Shown piece after piece: positions 38,667 through 48,763 of a stretch of 64,000 nucleotides of DNA; positions within the stretch are counted from its first letter, which is position 1, and every line of letters begins with the position of its first letter. The notes under the pieces were generated by a model, which worked only from the letters and a program-made list of their open reading frames with translations, had not been told where the DNA came from and ran no database searches. The stretch is from positions 320,001-384,000 of the forward strand of contig JAHPZA010000006.1 of assembly GCA_019058445.1 (NCBI GenBank), given 5' to 3'. This stretch comes from Promethearchaeota archaeon. GTDB lineage: Archaea; Asgardarchaeota; Lokiarchaeia; Sigyniarchaeales; SOKP01. A program made the translations under genes and the position numbers.

Positions 38667-40259
38667 TTAAAAATGGCATTCTCTTTTCACATGACTCTCA
38701 GTGGATTCGAGAATTTTTCTCATTAACTTTAAAACTAGTTCATTCTTAATATCTTTTAAAGATTCTTCATCCCATAAATTATTCATCTCATTAGGATCCT
38801 CTTTAAGGTTATATAATTCACCTTCATCACGAAAAATTGTAATTCTCCATTCATCAGTAATTAATGTCCTTGTTTTTTCCTTAATGAAATCATCGTCCAT
38901 TTCAATTAGCACATCATCATTAATCTCAGTATTTGGATTATGAATAATTGGAACCATACTTTTTCCTTGCATGAATTCTGGTATAGGGATTCCCACTAAT
39001 TCCAATATCGTTTCTGGAATATCAATTGAACTTACTAAAGATGAAGATACTGTATTTTTTACCCCATTTGGGATCTTCATTATAAAGGGAATATTAGTTA
39101 AAGTATTATATAAAAATGGACCTTTAAAGAAGAATCTATGCGCTCCTCCTAATTCACCATGATCTGTTGTATAAATTATCACAGTATTCTCTGCCAAACC
39201 TGTTTTTTCTAATACATCTAAAATTTCTCCAATTGCATCATCCACCATTTTTTCCATTCCATAACATGCGGCAATAACTCGCTTAGCATCCAATTCTGTT
39301 AAATCTTCTGCTTTTGGAAATACATTTGGTTGTGTTCCCTCAGTATTCACTGGTTTTGAATAGTGTCTTCTATTTATTAAAGTGCTATTTTCATGATTAT
39401 CATGAAATGTATCTGGAAGAATAACATCTTCTGGTTTATACATATCAAAATACTTTCCTGGGGGGGTGAAGGGGTGATGAGGATCGGGAAAACTACAAAA
39501 TAGAAAGAAATTATCTTTGGAAACTTTCCCTTCATTAAATCTATTCAAATAATCAATGACTCCCTCTTTAACAAACGTAGTAGAATAAAGTTCTTCTGGT
39601 ACATTGTGATTCCATACTTGAATCTTAATATTTGAACTATTTTCCGGTATCATTGATTTACCATATTTTCGTAGAATTTCCCGATAAGTATCTTCAGGTT
39701 CTATTCCCAATTTAAGTTGTAAATTCTCGTCCAAATTCACTTTGGTTACTACCCATTCAAGAAAGTCGGGATGCCCACAATAAATTCCATGTCCCGATAC
39801 AATTTTAAATTCCTCCAATCCAAAATAAATCTCATGATCAGAGAGATTTTTATAATATTTAGGAACAGCAAATTCTTGACTTTTAAGGTTCTTAGTAACA
39901 CGCTTCTTACCAAAACGCTTCTTCTGAATTACGCCGAAATAATTTAAATGAATCTTTCCAAAATTCGCAGTGTGATACCCGTTTGATCTTAAAAGATCTA
40001 CGAATGTTTTAGTATCTTGTGGTAAATTTCTCCCATTTGTATTAACTCCATGAACCGAAGGATATTGTCCTGTAAAAATAGTACTCCTGTTAGGCATACA
40101 GATAGGATTATTACAATAAAAATTGGTAAATTTAATTCCTTCTTTTGCAATTTTATCAATATTAGAAGTCTGCAATACTAAATTGTCATTATAGCAGCTT
40201 AAATGATCCTTTCGCTGCATGTCAGTAATAATAAATAAAAAATTCAATTTTTCGTTCAT
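38667..40259 (-). CDS. Cys-type sulfatase
   Basis: FIITD.QR.D, CMPNR..IFTG (CxPxR), GKIHL, DPHHPF, DHGE. Confidence 0.92.
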   Translation of the reverse strand: MNEKLNFLFIITDMQRKDHLSCYNDNLVLQTSNIDKIAKEGIKFTNFYCNNPICMPNRSTIFTGQYPSVHGVNTNGRNLPQDTKTFVDLLRSNGYHTANFGKIHLNYFGVIQKKRFGKKRVTKNLKSQEFAVPKYYKNLSDHEIYFGLEEFKIVSGHGIYCGHPDFLEWVVTKVNLDENLQLKLGIEPEDTYREILRKYGKSMIPENSSNIKIQVWNHNVPEELYSTTFVKEGVIDYLNRFNEGKVSKDNFFLFCSFPDPHHPFTPPGKYFDMYKPEDVILPDTFHDNHENSTLINRRHYSKPVNTEGTQPNVFPKAEDLTELDAKRVIAACYGMEKMVDDAIGEILDVLEKTGLAENTVIIYTTDHGELGGAHRFFFKGPFLYNTLTNIPFIMKIPNGVKNTVSSSLVSSIDIPETILELVGIPIPEFMQGKSMVPIIHNPNTEINDDVLIEMDDDFIKEKTRTLITDEWRITIFRDEGELYNLKEDPNEMNNLWDEESLKDIKNELVLKLMRKILESTESHVKRECHF

Positions 40260-40313
40260 TGTAAATTCCCTTTTTTTAAATATTAATGCATACTGAATAG
40301 TTTCATTTTAAAT

Positions 40314-41825
40314 TTAAAATCTCGCATCAATCTTAAATGGAACGACATCACAAGTCTCATGATACCATGTGAGTAGCCTTTCTTTTAAGCTGAAAAGAAT
40401 CTCTGCATAAGCGGGGTCATCTATTACATTAGTTAATTCAGATGAATCTTTATTTAAATCATATAACTCATCCTTCTCATAAAGACGTCGAACATATTTA
40501 TAATCTTGTGTTCTACACATAACTGCTTTACCATGATAAGGTTCCTCATCAATGAGTTGAAGCCTAACACGGGGCCAATAAACTCCACCTTCTATCTTAG
40601 CCTCTATTTCCGTGGCCTGTTTTTCCCCATAAAGGCGGCCTCCTTCACAAAATACCGCATCTCTATGTAATTCAGTTTCACCTTTCAACAATGGAATTAA
40701 GCTCTTACCAAAATGAGTATAACCTGGTTCTATACCCGTGAGTTCATATACTGTTGCAGAAAAATCAACTAATTCAACTAATGCATTACTCACTCGTGGC
40801 TTTACTGGAATATTTTTAGGTGGTTTCACGATTAACGGAACATTTGAAAGACAATCTTCAAAGGTATTTTGATTTTTTTCAACTATTCCATAATCACCTG
40901 TGAAATCACCATGATCAGAAAAGAAGAATATAGCGCTATCATTATAAATCCCTGCCTTTTTTAATTCTTCTATTACTAATCCAAATTGATGATCCAGGCG
41001 AGTACACATTCCATAATAGGTAGCACGTAGCTCATTCCAGCGTTCCTCTGTCCATCCCTGAAGATTTTGGTGCTCATAAATGCCTTTTAAAATAGAGGGT
41101 TTATCGTCCCAATTTTGTGGGGCAGGGATTCGGGGCGGAAGAGTTTTACGATTTATTTTACTAAACCATGGTTCTTCAACCCCATAAGGTGGATGTGGAT
41201 ATGAAAGTGCAAGATCAATGCAAAGAGGCTTATCTCCTTTATAATTTCGAATAAAATCAATTGCTCCTAAAACCATTGCCCAATCAAAATCAAAATAGAT
41301 ATCATCTCCCATTGTATCTAGCTTACCGGCATAAAGGCTATAATAATTATCGCCATCTGTTTTTCCTCTCCACTCCTCCTTCCTAAAATCATGTAGACTT
41401 GGTTTCCAATTATGACCCCATCGTGTAAGATCCTTTGAGGATGGCCAATATTGTACATCACAAACCTTTTTTGAATTCTTTCTTGCCGGAATGAGATCGT
41501 TTCTAAAACTCCACCATACGAAATATCCATTATCTTTAAGTATTTTTAATAAATTAGGTTCACCATGTTCATGATGTAACATATGAGACATTGTCCTGTG
41601 CCCTCTCACATGTGGATACCATCCTGTCATGAAGCTGCATCGGCTGGGCGTACACACAGGATTCTGACAGAAGGTATTGCTAAAAGATACGGAATTTGTA
41701 TTAATTAATTGATCAAGATGAGGAGTTTCTGCTGCGGGATTTCCTAAATGCCCTAAAACATCTCCTCGCCATTGATCTGGATTAAAAATGATAATATGTG
41801 GTTTTTCACTCATAATCTTATTCAT
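40314..41825 (-). CDS. Cys-type sulfatase
   Basis: PDQWR.D, CTPSRCSFMTG, PHPPY, SDHGD. Confidence 0.92.
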   Translation of the reverse strand: MNKIMSEKPHIIIFNPDQWRGDVLGHLGNPAAETPHLDQLINTNSVSFSNTFCQNPVCTPSRCSFMTGWYPHVRGHRTMSHMLHHEHGEPNLLKILKDNGYFVWWSFRNDLIPARKNSKKVCDVQYWPSSKDLTRWGHNWKPSLHDFRKEEWRGKTDGDNYYSLYAGKLDTMGDDIYFDFDWAMVLGAIDFIRNYKGDKPLCIDLALSYPHPPYGVEEPWFSKINRKTLPPRIPAPQNWDDKPSILKGIYEHQNLQGWTEERWNELRATYYGMCTRLDHQFGLVIEELKKAGIYNDSAIFFFSDHGDFTGDYGIVEKNQNTFEDCLSNVPLIVKPPKNIPVKPRVSNALVELVDFSATVYELTGIEPGYTHFGKSLIPLLKGETELHRDAVFCEGGRLYGEKQATEIEAKIEGGVYWPRVRLQLIDEEPYHGKAVMCRTQDYKYVRRLYEKDELYDLNKDSSELTNVIDDPAYAEILFSLKERLLTWYHETCDVVPFKIDARF

Positions 41826-42357
41826 TTATGATTTCTTCTAAATAAACTTGTTAATTTACTTATTTTTATATATTTAAAATTTATGAAAACTCTCATATTA
41901 TTAAAACTCTTAATTAATGAGAATAATGTTAAGAATAAAAGATATTTTTTAAATATTTCCGTAAATGGGAGGTTATTTTTTAAATAAATTTATTTTTTTA
42001 CCCGTAAAAAATTACGGTAATAAAATTCATGAATTAGATTTTATTATATAATATTGTTCATAATATCCTACTTCGTAAAATATGTTTCGATTACTAATTG
42101 TTATAATATTAGTTAAAGCAAATTAATACTATTTTTTTTATAATTTTATATTTTTATAGACCTAATTGTTTCAATTGGTTTTAAATTTCCTCTACTTTAT
42201 CCGTTTAAGTAGATTGCGATTATTCAAAACTTATTTACTTAGGAGGAATAAAAATTATTTCTGTTTCATTTTGCAATATGATTTTAAACAAATTTTGATC
42301 AGAAAAAATTTAAAAATTTGTCTACAATTTTTAAGAATATTCAGTATAATAATACAT

Positions 42358-42468
42358 ATGCAAATAGTTTTTAAAATTGAGAGCTGTGAATCTATTCATC
42401 ATCATGATGTCTATGCTGAATTAAGTACTACAATAGGAGAGCTAAAAAAAAAATTAAAACTAATTTAA
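42358..42468 (+). pseudogene. mptA: 3' remnant of mptA
   Basis: FKIESCESIHHHDVYAELSTTIG versus the mptA C-terminus FKIESYESIHPHNVYAELTTTLG; 56/69 nt identical (42370-42438 vs 38351-38419). Confidence 0.88.
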
Positions 42469-42573
42469 AAACCTAGAAATAGGATTGATTACAAAGATAT
42501 TTTATTGAAATACATGAATACTTTCGATTCATAAAAACAATTTAAAAATATGATATCTTGAAGTGAGAAAAAG

Positions 42574-43185
42574 ACGAAAAACAATGCAAAAAATATCTGT
42601 TTCATAAGGCATGGCCAGACTAACTCATCATTAAATAATAGGTTGTGTGGTAGCAGAACAGATGAATCCTTAAATGCAAATGGTTATCAACAAATAAAAT
42701 CTCTAATATCATTTTTAAAAAACTACAATCCTGATTCTATTTATACAAGTCCTCTTCTCAGAGCAAAACAATCTGCTAAAATAATTTCAGATTATTTTAA
42801 TCTTACAACAAATGAACTGGATGATTTGAGAGAAATTGATTTTGGTGATTGGGAAAGTTTAACATTTAACGAGATTAAATCAAAATATAGGGAGGAATAT
42901 TTAAAATGGATGAATTCTCCTGATAAATTTACTCCAAATAATGGAGAAAGTGTTAAGGAATTGTCTTCTCGATTAAAGAAAGTTATGGAAGTTATTTTAA
43001 GTACCAATCATAATACAATTTTTTTAATTACTCATGGTGGACCTATTCGTGCAACACTAATTAACTCTTTAAAAATTTCATTATCTCTATATTGGAATAT
43101 TAAAGTCCCTCATGGCTCGGTTACATGTTTAGAATATAAAGATTCAAAAATTTATCTTCAATATATGGGCCAAGTAGTTCTATGA
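42574..43185 (+). CDS. Histidine phosphatase (CobC/PGM family); ACG start or homopolymer frameshift
   Basis: Catalytic FIRHGQT lies upstream of the tracked start; SPLLRAKQSA, LREIDFGDWE, THGG. Confidence 0.85.
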   Translation, partial: TKNNAKNICFIRHGQTNSSLNNRLCGSRTDESLNANGYQQIKSLISFLKNYNPDSIYTSPLLRAKQSAKIISDYFNLTTNELDDLREIDFGDWESLTFNEIKSKYREEYLKWMNSPDKFTPNNGESVKELSSRLKKVMEVILSTNHNTIFLITHGGPIRATLINSLKISLSLYWNIKVPHGSVTCLEYKDSKIYLQYMGQVVL

Positions 43186-43330
43186 ATTTTGCTAGAGTTA
43201 TTTTCAATCATAAAAGATGCGATAATTACTCCTACATTTTTTTTAATAATTGATGATTTATTTTATTCAAGTAAAAATTTTAATAATTGGCAAATTAAAG
43301 AATATCTGAATTACTAATAAGCATTAAAAT

Positions 43331-44374
43331 ATGAAAATTCCTAAAGGAATTGAAGGAGATTACATTGAAACCAAGAATGATAACCTTATTTTTGATATAA
43401 AGGGATTATTACACCCTGATAATCGAAAAATTTGTTTTCTTCGATTTCATCCTCATAACGAAGGAGATCGGATTAGAGAAGGAATACAATATAAAAAAAT
43501 TTATAAACTTAGTGAGCGGTATTCCTTTTTGAAAGAGAATTTTCCAAGATATCTCTTTTACTCTGAAGAGCTTGATTTAAAACTTCAGGGCGTTGATGTT
43601 AAGGATATTAAACAAATATATTCTCCGAAACATTATTATAAAAGTCTTTTTGAAAAAGATAATTTGTCTAGCTTAGAAAAATATTCAAAGGAGTTATGTG
43701 AACTCTTTATTAATAATGGAAATATTTCTGAAAATTCCATTGGAATTACTGGATCGCCTATGGTTGGCTTAGCCAAAGAAGATTCAGACATTGATTTAAT
43801 TATATACGGAACTCAAACAAGTTTAGCGTTTCAAGAAAATTTGAATGAAATTTTCGAACGACAAAATCATTGTAGAAAATATTCATTAGAGGAATATAAA
43901 CATCATTTTAATTGGAGGGCAGGGGGTTCAAATGTATCTTTTGAGGATTTTATGAGAAGTGAGAAAAGAAAACAACATCAAGGAAAATATTTCAATACTG
44001 ACTTTTTCATCAGATATATAAAAAGTCCTGAAGATTGGAAAGGAAATTTTTATGATTATAAATATTTTAATTGTGGAAGATTGAAATTAACAGCTCAAAT
44101 TATTGACTCCACAGATTCTATATTTACTCCTTGTACATACAAAATACGTCCAATTAAAATCTTAAGCAGTAATCCACTCTTCAATGAAATTGATGAATTC
44201 ACTCTGAAAGAGATTAATTCTTTCCGAGGAAGATTTTGTGAGCATGCTGTAAAAGGAGAAAAGGTATTAGTTGAAGGAAAATTAGAAAAAGTCATTTTCA
44301 AAGATAAGGAAAAATATTCTCGCATTCTTTTAGGTGACCAGGTTAGGGATAAAATGATTATTCTAAATAAATGA
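43331..44374 (+). CDS. Predicted archaeal nucleotidyltransferase (Pol beta superfamily)
   Basis: GITGS.MVGL...SDIDLIIYG (GS...DxD); C-terminal OB-like G.LE.V. Confidence 0.75.
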   Translation: MKIPKGIEGDYIETKNDNLIFDIKGLLHPDNRKICFLRFHPHNEGDRIREGIQYKKIYKLSERYSFLKENFPRYLFYSEELDLKLQGVDVKDIKQIYSPKHYYKSLFEKDNLSSLEKYSKELCELFINNGNISENSIGITGSPMVGLAKEDSDIDLIIYGTQTSLAFQENLNEIFERQNHCRKYSLEEYKHHFNWRAGGSNVSFEDFMRSEKRKQHQGKYFNTDFFIRYIKSPEDWKGNFYDYKYFNCGRLKLTAQIIDSTDSIFTPCTYKIRPIKILSSNPLFNEIDEFTLKEINSFRGRFCEHAVKGEKVLVEGKLEKVIFKDKEKYSRILLGDQVRDKMIILNK

Positions 44375-44527
44375 TATTTTAATACTGATCTCTCATGAAG
44401 AGAACTTCCAATTAAATTCATCTATATATTATATATAGGTCTTAAGTCCCTCTATATCATGATATATATTACGTCGATTATGCTTTTATTCTGAACTTCT
44501 AATAAACTAGTAAGAAAACAAAAAGAG

Positions 44528-44752
44528 ATGATGTATTTGAGCATTCTAAAAAAATATAGAACACCATACGAAAGAGCTAGAAAGCAAAGGTATAAACTTT
44601 TAAAATATGTATGTGATAAATGTGGTGCTTATAATCACATAGATCAAGGATATTGTGGTATGTGCATGTCAACTCACCTAAGAAAAGCGACTGCAAAAGA
44701 AAAAACGCAAACCCTCTCTTTAATCGAGAATGTAATTGATAGTAGCTCATAA
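44528..44752 (+). CDS. Small zinc-ribbon protein (eL40-like Cys spacing)
   Basis: CDKCGAYN-x6-CGMC.S..LR. Confidence 0.6.
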   Translation: MMYLSILKKYRTPYERARKQRYKLLKYVCDKCGAYNHIDQGYCGMCMSTHLRKATAKEKTQTLSLIENVIDSSS

Positions 44753-44796
44753 AAGTTTCTTATAAAGTAAAGTAAATTGTATTTAAGGTGTTTTGG

Positions 44797-44973
44797 TTGA
44801 AAAAATTTATTAATTTTGATAAAAACATGAATATTTTTTATGATAATATCTGGCTTGACGATCAAAAAGTTGTCATTAAAATTCCGCTAGTGGAAAAAAA
44901 TGACTTGTATACTAATATTGAAGTCGAGAAGTTTAATTTAGCAAATAAAGTATTTCTTTTAGCCTATGAATAA
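44797..44973 (+). CDS. Small conserved protein (paralog of 45438-45626)
   Basis: AAGGTG SD then TTG; shares FYDNIWLD and FNLA...LLAYE* with the neighbour. Confidence 0.7.
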   Translation: MKKFINFDKNMNIFYDNIWLDDQKVVIKIPLVEKNDLYTNIEVEKFNLANKVFLLAYE

Positions 44974-45437
44974 CTGGAAATCTCGATTTTTATTACTTCA
45001 AATCTTATTTTAAAGCTTTAGTTTTTTTGGTTTTTTTTTCTTCAATACTATTTCTATCTTAATCTTAATCATATGGTTGGAAAGATGGTTATTAAGTGGA
45101 CATATGCATAACTTATCTGATAGAAAACTAAGCATTTAAATATGAGAATGCACTAATTGATCTTAATATGATTAAAATTAAAAAAATATAGCCTAAGTGA
45201 TAAAATAGAACTGAGGTGATAAACAAAAAAATTCAAACATAGCAGAGTTTTTTAGTCAGTTTACTACTAAAATATAAATTAAATATATTAAAAAATAAAA
45301 ATCTAGGAGGTTGGAATAAAAAAAATTAATATTGATTAATACTAAAAAAAATGAGCTTGGCTATTTGAGTACTACCATTGAAAATGAAATGTATTAAAAA
45401 TAAAATAAAAAAAATAATAATTAATAGAGGTGGTTGA

Positions 45438-45626
45438 TTGGGTCAATTTATTGATTTTGATAAGAAAAAAGGAATGTTTTATGATAATATTTGGTTAGAT
45501 GAGCAAAAAATTGTAGTAAAAATGCCACTAACAAGAGAAAATTATTCAGAGAAATATCCTAAAATGGATTTCAAAATCGAAGAATTTAACCTGGCAAAAT
45601 ATACCTATTTACTGGCCTATGAGTAA
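45438..45626 (+). CDS. Small conserved protein (paralog of 44797-44973)
   Basis: GAGGTGG SD then TTG; same motifs. Confidence 0.7.
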   Translation: MGQFIDFDKKKGMFYDNIWLDEQKIVVKMPLTRENYSEKYPKMDFKIEEFNLAKYTYLLAYE

Positions 45627-45737
45627 GAGAAATTTTCAATAAACCTCTTTCTTATTTTTCAATTCATTCTCTTATAATAAGGACATTTGGATTAAATTAA
45701 ACTTATTTTCTATATTTCATTCAAAATATTAGAGATA

Positions 45738-46814
45738 ATGAAAAAAATTGAACGCTATAAACAGTTTGTCAACCTCGATCCAGAAGACTTAGACGCTTGG
45801 CTTAATTTAGGAGACGTATATTTTGAAGAAAATGATTATGCTAATGCATTAAATAGTTATAAAAAAGCTTTAGAATTAGATCCATATTCGAGTGAAACAA
45901 TAAATAATGTAGCGTTAATGTATTCTTATAACGGGGATAATAAAAAAGCAATTGAATACTACAAAAAGGCACTAAAACTTTCTCCAGATGATGCGATTGT
46001 ATTATATAACATAGGCTATTCCTATGAAGAAGAGGAAAAAGTTGATGAAGCAATTGACTATTATAAAAAAGCCTTAGAAATAGATCCTACCTATATCGAT
46101 GCCTTGAATAATATTGCTCTTATTTATAAAGAAAATGAGGAATATGATGATGCGATTAAAAATTTTGAAGCCGCACTTAAAATAGATCCGGACAATGTAT
46201 TCATTTTACAAAATCTCGCACAGCTCTATTATGATATGGAAGATTATGAAAAATTAATTTATTATTATCGACTTGCGCTGGAACTAAAACCTGAAAGTGC
46301 TAATATTTGGAATAAGCTGGGAAACGTATATTATGATATGAATAATTTTGAGGAGTCAATTAAATGCTATAAAAAAGCAATTGAGTTTGACGCGTATGTT
46401 ATTGAAACATGGAATGGTTTAGGGCTCTCTTATACCTTTATTGAAAAATTTGAAAAATCCATTGAGAGCTATAAGGAAGCACTTCGACTGGATCCTAATG
46501 ATGATGCGTTATATGAAAATATTGGGTTCAGTTACAATAAATTAGGTATGTATGATAAATCAATCAAATATTATAAAAAATCAATAGAATTAAATCCAGA
46601 TTACTCTTCAGGCTGGAAAAGCTTAGGAAGCGTATATCAAAACAAAGAAGATTATGATAACGCAATTAAGTGTTATGAGAAAGCTCTAGATATAACTCCT
46701 AACGATTTTGAAAGTTGGAAGAATTTAGGGATGATTTATAAACTCAGAAATGATTATCAAAAAGCCGAAGAATGTTTTAAAGAAGCTTCAAAATGGAAGC
46801 TTAAAGTTACTTAA
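45738..46814 (+). CDS. All-TPR protein (about 10 repeats)
   Basis: 34-aa periodic W.NLG..Y......A...Y.KAL..DP. Confidence 0.93.
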   Translation: MKKIERYKQFVNLDPEDLDAWLNLGDVYFEENDYANALNSYKKALELDPYSSETINNVALMYSYNGDNKKAIEYYKKALKLSPDDAIVLYNIGYSYEEEEKVDEAIDYYKKALEIDPTYIDALNNIALIYKENEEYDDAIKNFEAALKIDPDNVFILQNLAQLYYDMEDYEKLIYYYRLALELKPESANIWNKLGNVYYDMNNFEESIKCYKKAIEFDAYVIETWNGLGLSYTFIEKFEKSIESYKEALRLDPNDDALYENIGFSYNKLGMYDKSIKYYKKSIELNPDYSSGWKSLGSVYQNKEDYDNAIKCYEKALDITPNDFESWKNLGMIYKLRNDYQKAEECFKEASKWKLKVT

Positions 46815-46876
46815 TTTATTAATAATTTTCAGTCTAAACTTTTTATTTAATCATTTTTTTAAATTAGTGATTACGA

Positions 46877-48187
46877 ATGAAACTCTATAATGCGGATCTT
46901 CATATACACAGTCCCCATTCTATTGCTGTGTCTCAGTCTCTCAATCTAGATACGATGCTTGAGACATGCCGAAAAAAGGGCTTAAATATATTAGGCACAG
47001 GAGATGTATTGCAACCAGATTGGCTAAAGTATTTGGAGTCAAATCTTAGAAAGGATAAGGACGGTTCTTATATCTATAAGGATGTCTTTTTTATTCTGCA
47101 ATCAGAAATAGAGGATCAAGAGAGCATCCACCAAGTAGTTCTCTTTCCTGATTTTGCTTCTGTCCGAGAAGTTCAAAAAAAATTAAAACCATTCTCAAAG
47201 AATATTCTTGATAAATGGGGCGGTCGTCCTAGAGTAAATCTGTCTCCTGCTGAATTAGTTGATACAATCATTGATTGTGGGGGTTTAATTGGACCTGCTC
47301 ATGCCTTTACTCCATTTAAAGCGATATTTCGCCAAAATAAATTTAGTACACTTAAAGATTGTTATCAAGATGCTGCTAAAAATGTTCATTTTCTTGAATT
47401 GGGGCTTTCTGCGAATACTGATTTGGCAGACAGAATGGAGGATTTAAAAGAGATAACATTTTTAAGTAATAGTGACGCCCACTCTCAGGATCCTCGCTCA
47501 TTAGGTCGGGAATTCAATAGATTTGATATTGATAATCCGTCATTTGAAGAGATTCTATTAGCACTCACTAGAAAAAATGGGAGAAAAATCACTTTGAATG
47601 TAGGATTGCATCCGAAGCTTGGAAAATATTATACGATGTTTTGCAACAAATGTAGAAGGAGAATTTTATTTAAAAAAGCAAAGAAAAATCTTGATTTTGG
47701 ATTTTCTCAAAGTACTTCAACTGAAAATTTTGTGATTTATTATTCAAACGATCCCGCTTCAATGAAACAACAATATATTGAGCAAGTTTCAATCAATAAA
47801 ATGATATGTCCAGCGTGTAAAGATGAGTTAAAAAAAAATTTTAAGCTAAAATTGGGAGTAAGTGAAAGAATCGATGTGATTTCCAATTACGAAGTTCCTA
47901 ATCATCCTGATCATAGACCAGATTATATTAATGCCATCCCTTTAATTGATATTATTCGTTCAGTCAAAGGGATTAAAAGCACTTCGAGTAAAACTGTATT
48001 AAAAATATATAATGATTTAATAGATAAATTAGGTAAAGAATTGGAAATTCTTATTGACATATCTATTAATAAAATTGAAGAGGTTAATAAAGACATAGCA
48101 GATGTTATTAATGCGTTTAGAAAAAATGAAATTAGTTACATTCCAGGTGGAGGAGGCACATACGGTCAAATAAAATTGGATTTATAA
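46877..48187 (+). CDS. PHP-domain protein, endonuclease Q-like
   Basis: ADLHIHS, GTGD, PAHAFTP, ELGLS, SNSDAHS, LGRE, LGKY, Zn-binding Cys pairs, GV..RI, PGGGG.YG. Confidence 0.85.
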   Translation: MKLYNADLHIHSPHSIAVSQSLNLDTMLETCRKKGLNILGTGDVLQPDWLKYLESNLRKDKDGSYIYKDVFFILQSEIEDQESIHQVVLFPDFASVREVQKKLKPFSKNILDKWGGRPRVNLSPAELVDTIIDCGGLIGPAHAFTPFKAIFRQNKFSTLKDCYQDAAKNVHFLELGLSANTDLADRMEDLKEITFLSNSDAHSQDPRSLGREFNRFDIDNPSFEEILLALTRKNGRKITLNVGLHPKLGKYYTMFCNKCRRRILFKKAKKNLDFGFSQSTSTENFVIYYSNDPASMKQQYIEQVSINKMICPACKDELKKNFKLKLGVSERIDVISNYEVPNHPDHRPDYINAIPLIDIIRSVKGIKSTSSKTVLKIYNDLIDKLGKELEILIDISINKIEEVNKDIADVINAFRKNEISYIPGGGGTYGQIKLDL

Positions 48188-48271
48188 CATAGTGAGATTG
48201 AAAACAATTTTTAAATACTGTGAAAATAATCTCTAACAAGAAAGCAGAAATAAACGCAAAAACAAATGAGG

Positions 48272-48517
48272 TTATAATTTAAACTCTAAATCTAATTTAA
48301 GCAATTCACCACAATCAGAACACGTCAGCCAATCAAAAATTTTAAGGCTCACAACCATCTGTTCTATAGCCTTCAGAGAAAAACGATTTTTAAACGATTT
48401 CTCAGTGCCACACGTTGGACATGAGATTATAGCTCTAACACTAACAGTATCTTTATCAAGCTCCTCTTCAACAGGAACTTTTTCGCCATTTTTAGATTTG
48501 TTGAAATCACTTTCCAA
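48272..48517 (-). CDS. Small Zn-finger protein
   Basis: CPTCG...CSDCG; GAGGT SD before TTG. Confidence 0.7.
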   Translation of the reverse strand: MESDFNKSKNGEKVPVEEELDKDTVSVRAIISCPTCGTEKSFKNRFSLKAIEQMVVSLKIFDWLTCSDCGELLKLDLEFKL

Positions 48518-48763
48518 CTTATGTAACCTCGTGTTTTACATTATAGATAGTGCAAATTTTACCTTATAATCTTTTTCATTTCAATTTTTTCCTACGAACA
48601 AGAGGTACATCCTAAATTATCGCAATTAATTAAGTCTTATTTTTCCTTATTATTTTCTATTCAAGAAAGCAAATTACCTATTCTGATTTAAATAAATATT
48701 ACTTGTATATCACTCTATAATATTATCGTTGTATGATTCTCGTGTTATATAGAGAATAGAATC

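Noticed and set aside
42166-42468. 100-aa ORF from the track
   Set aside because: The first 64 codons are AT-rich non-coding-like sequence; only the tail is meaningful, as the mptA remnant
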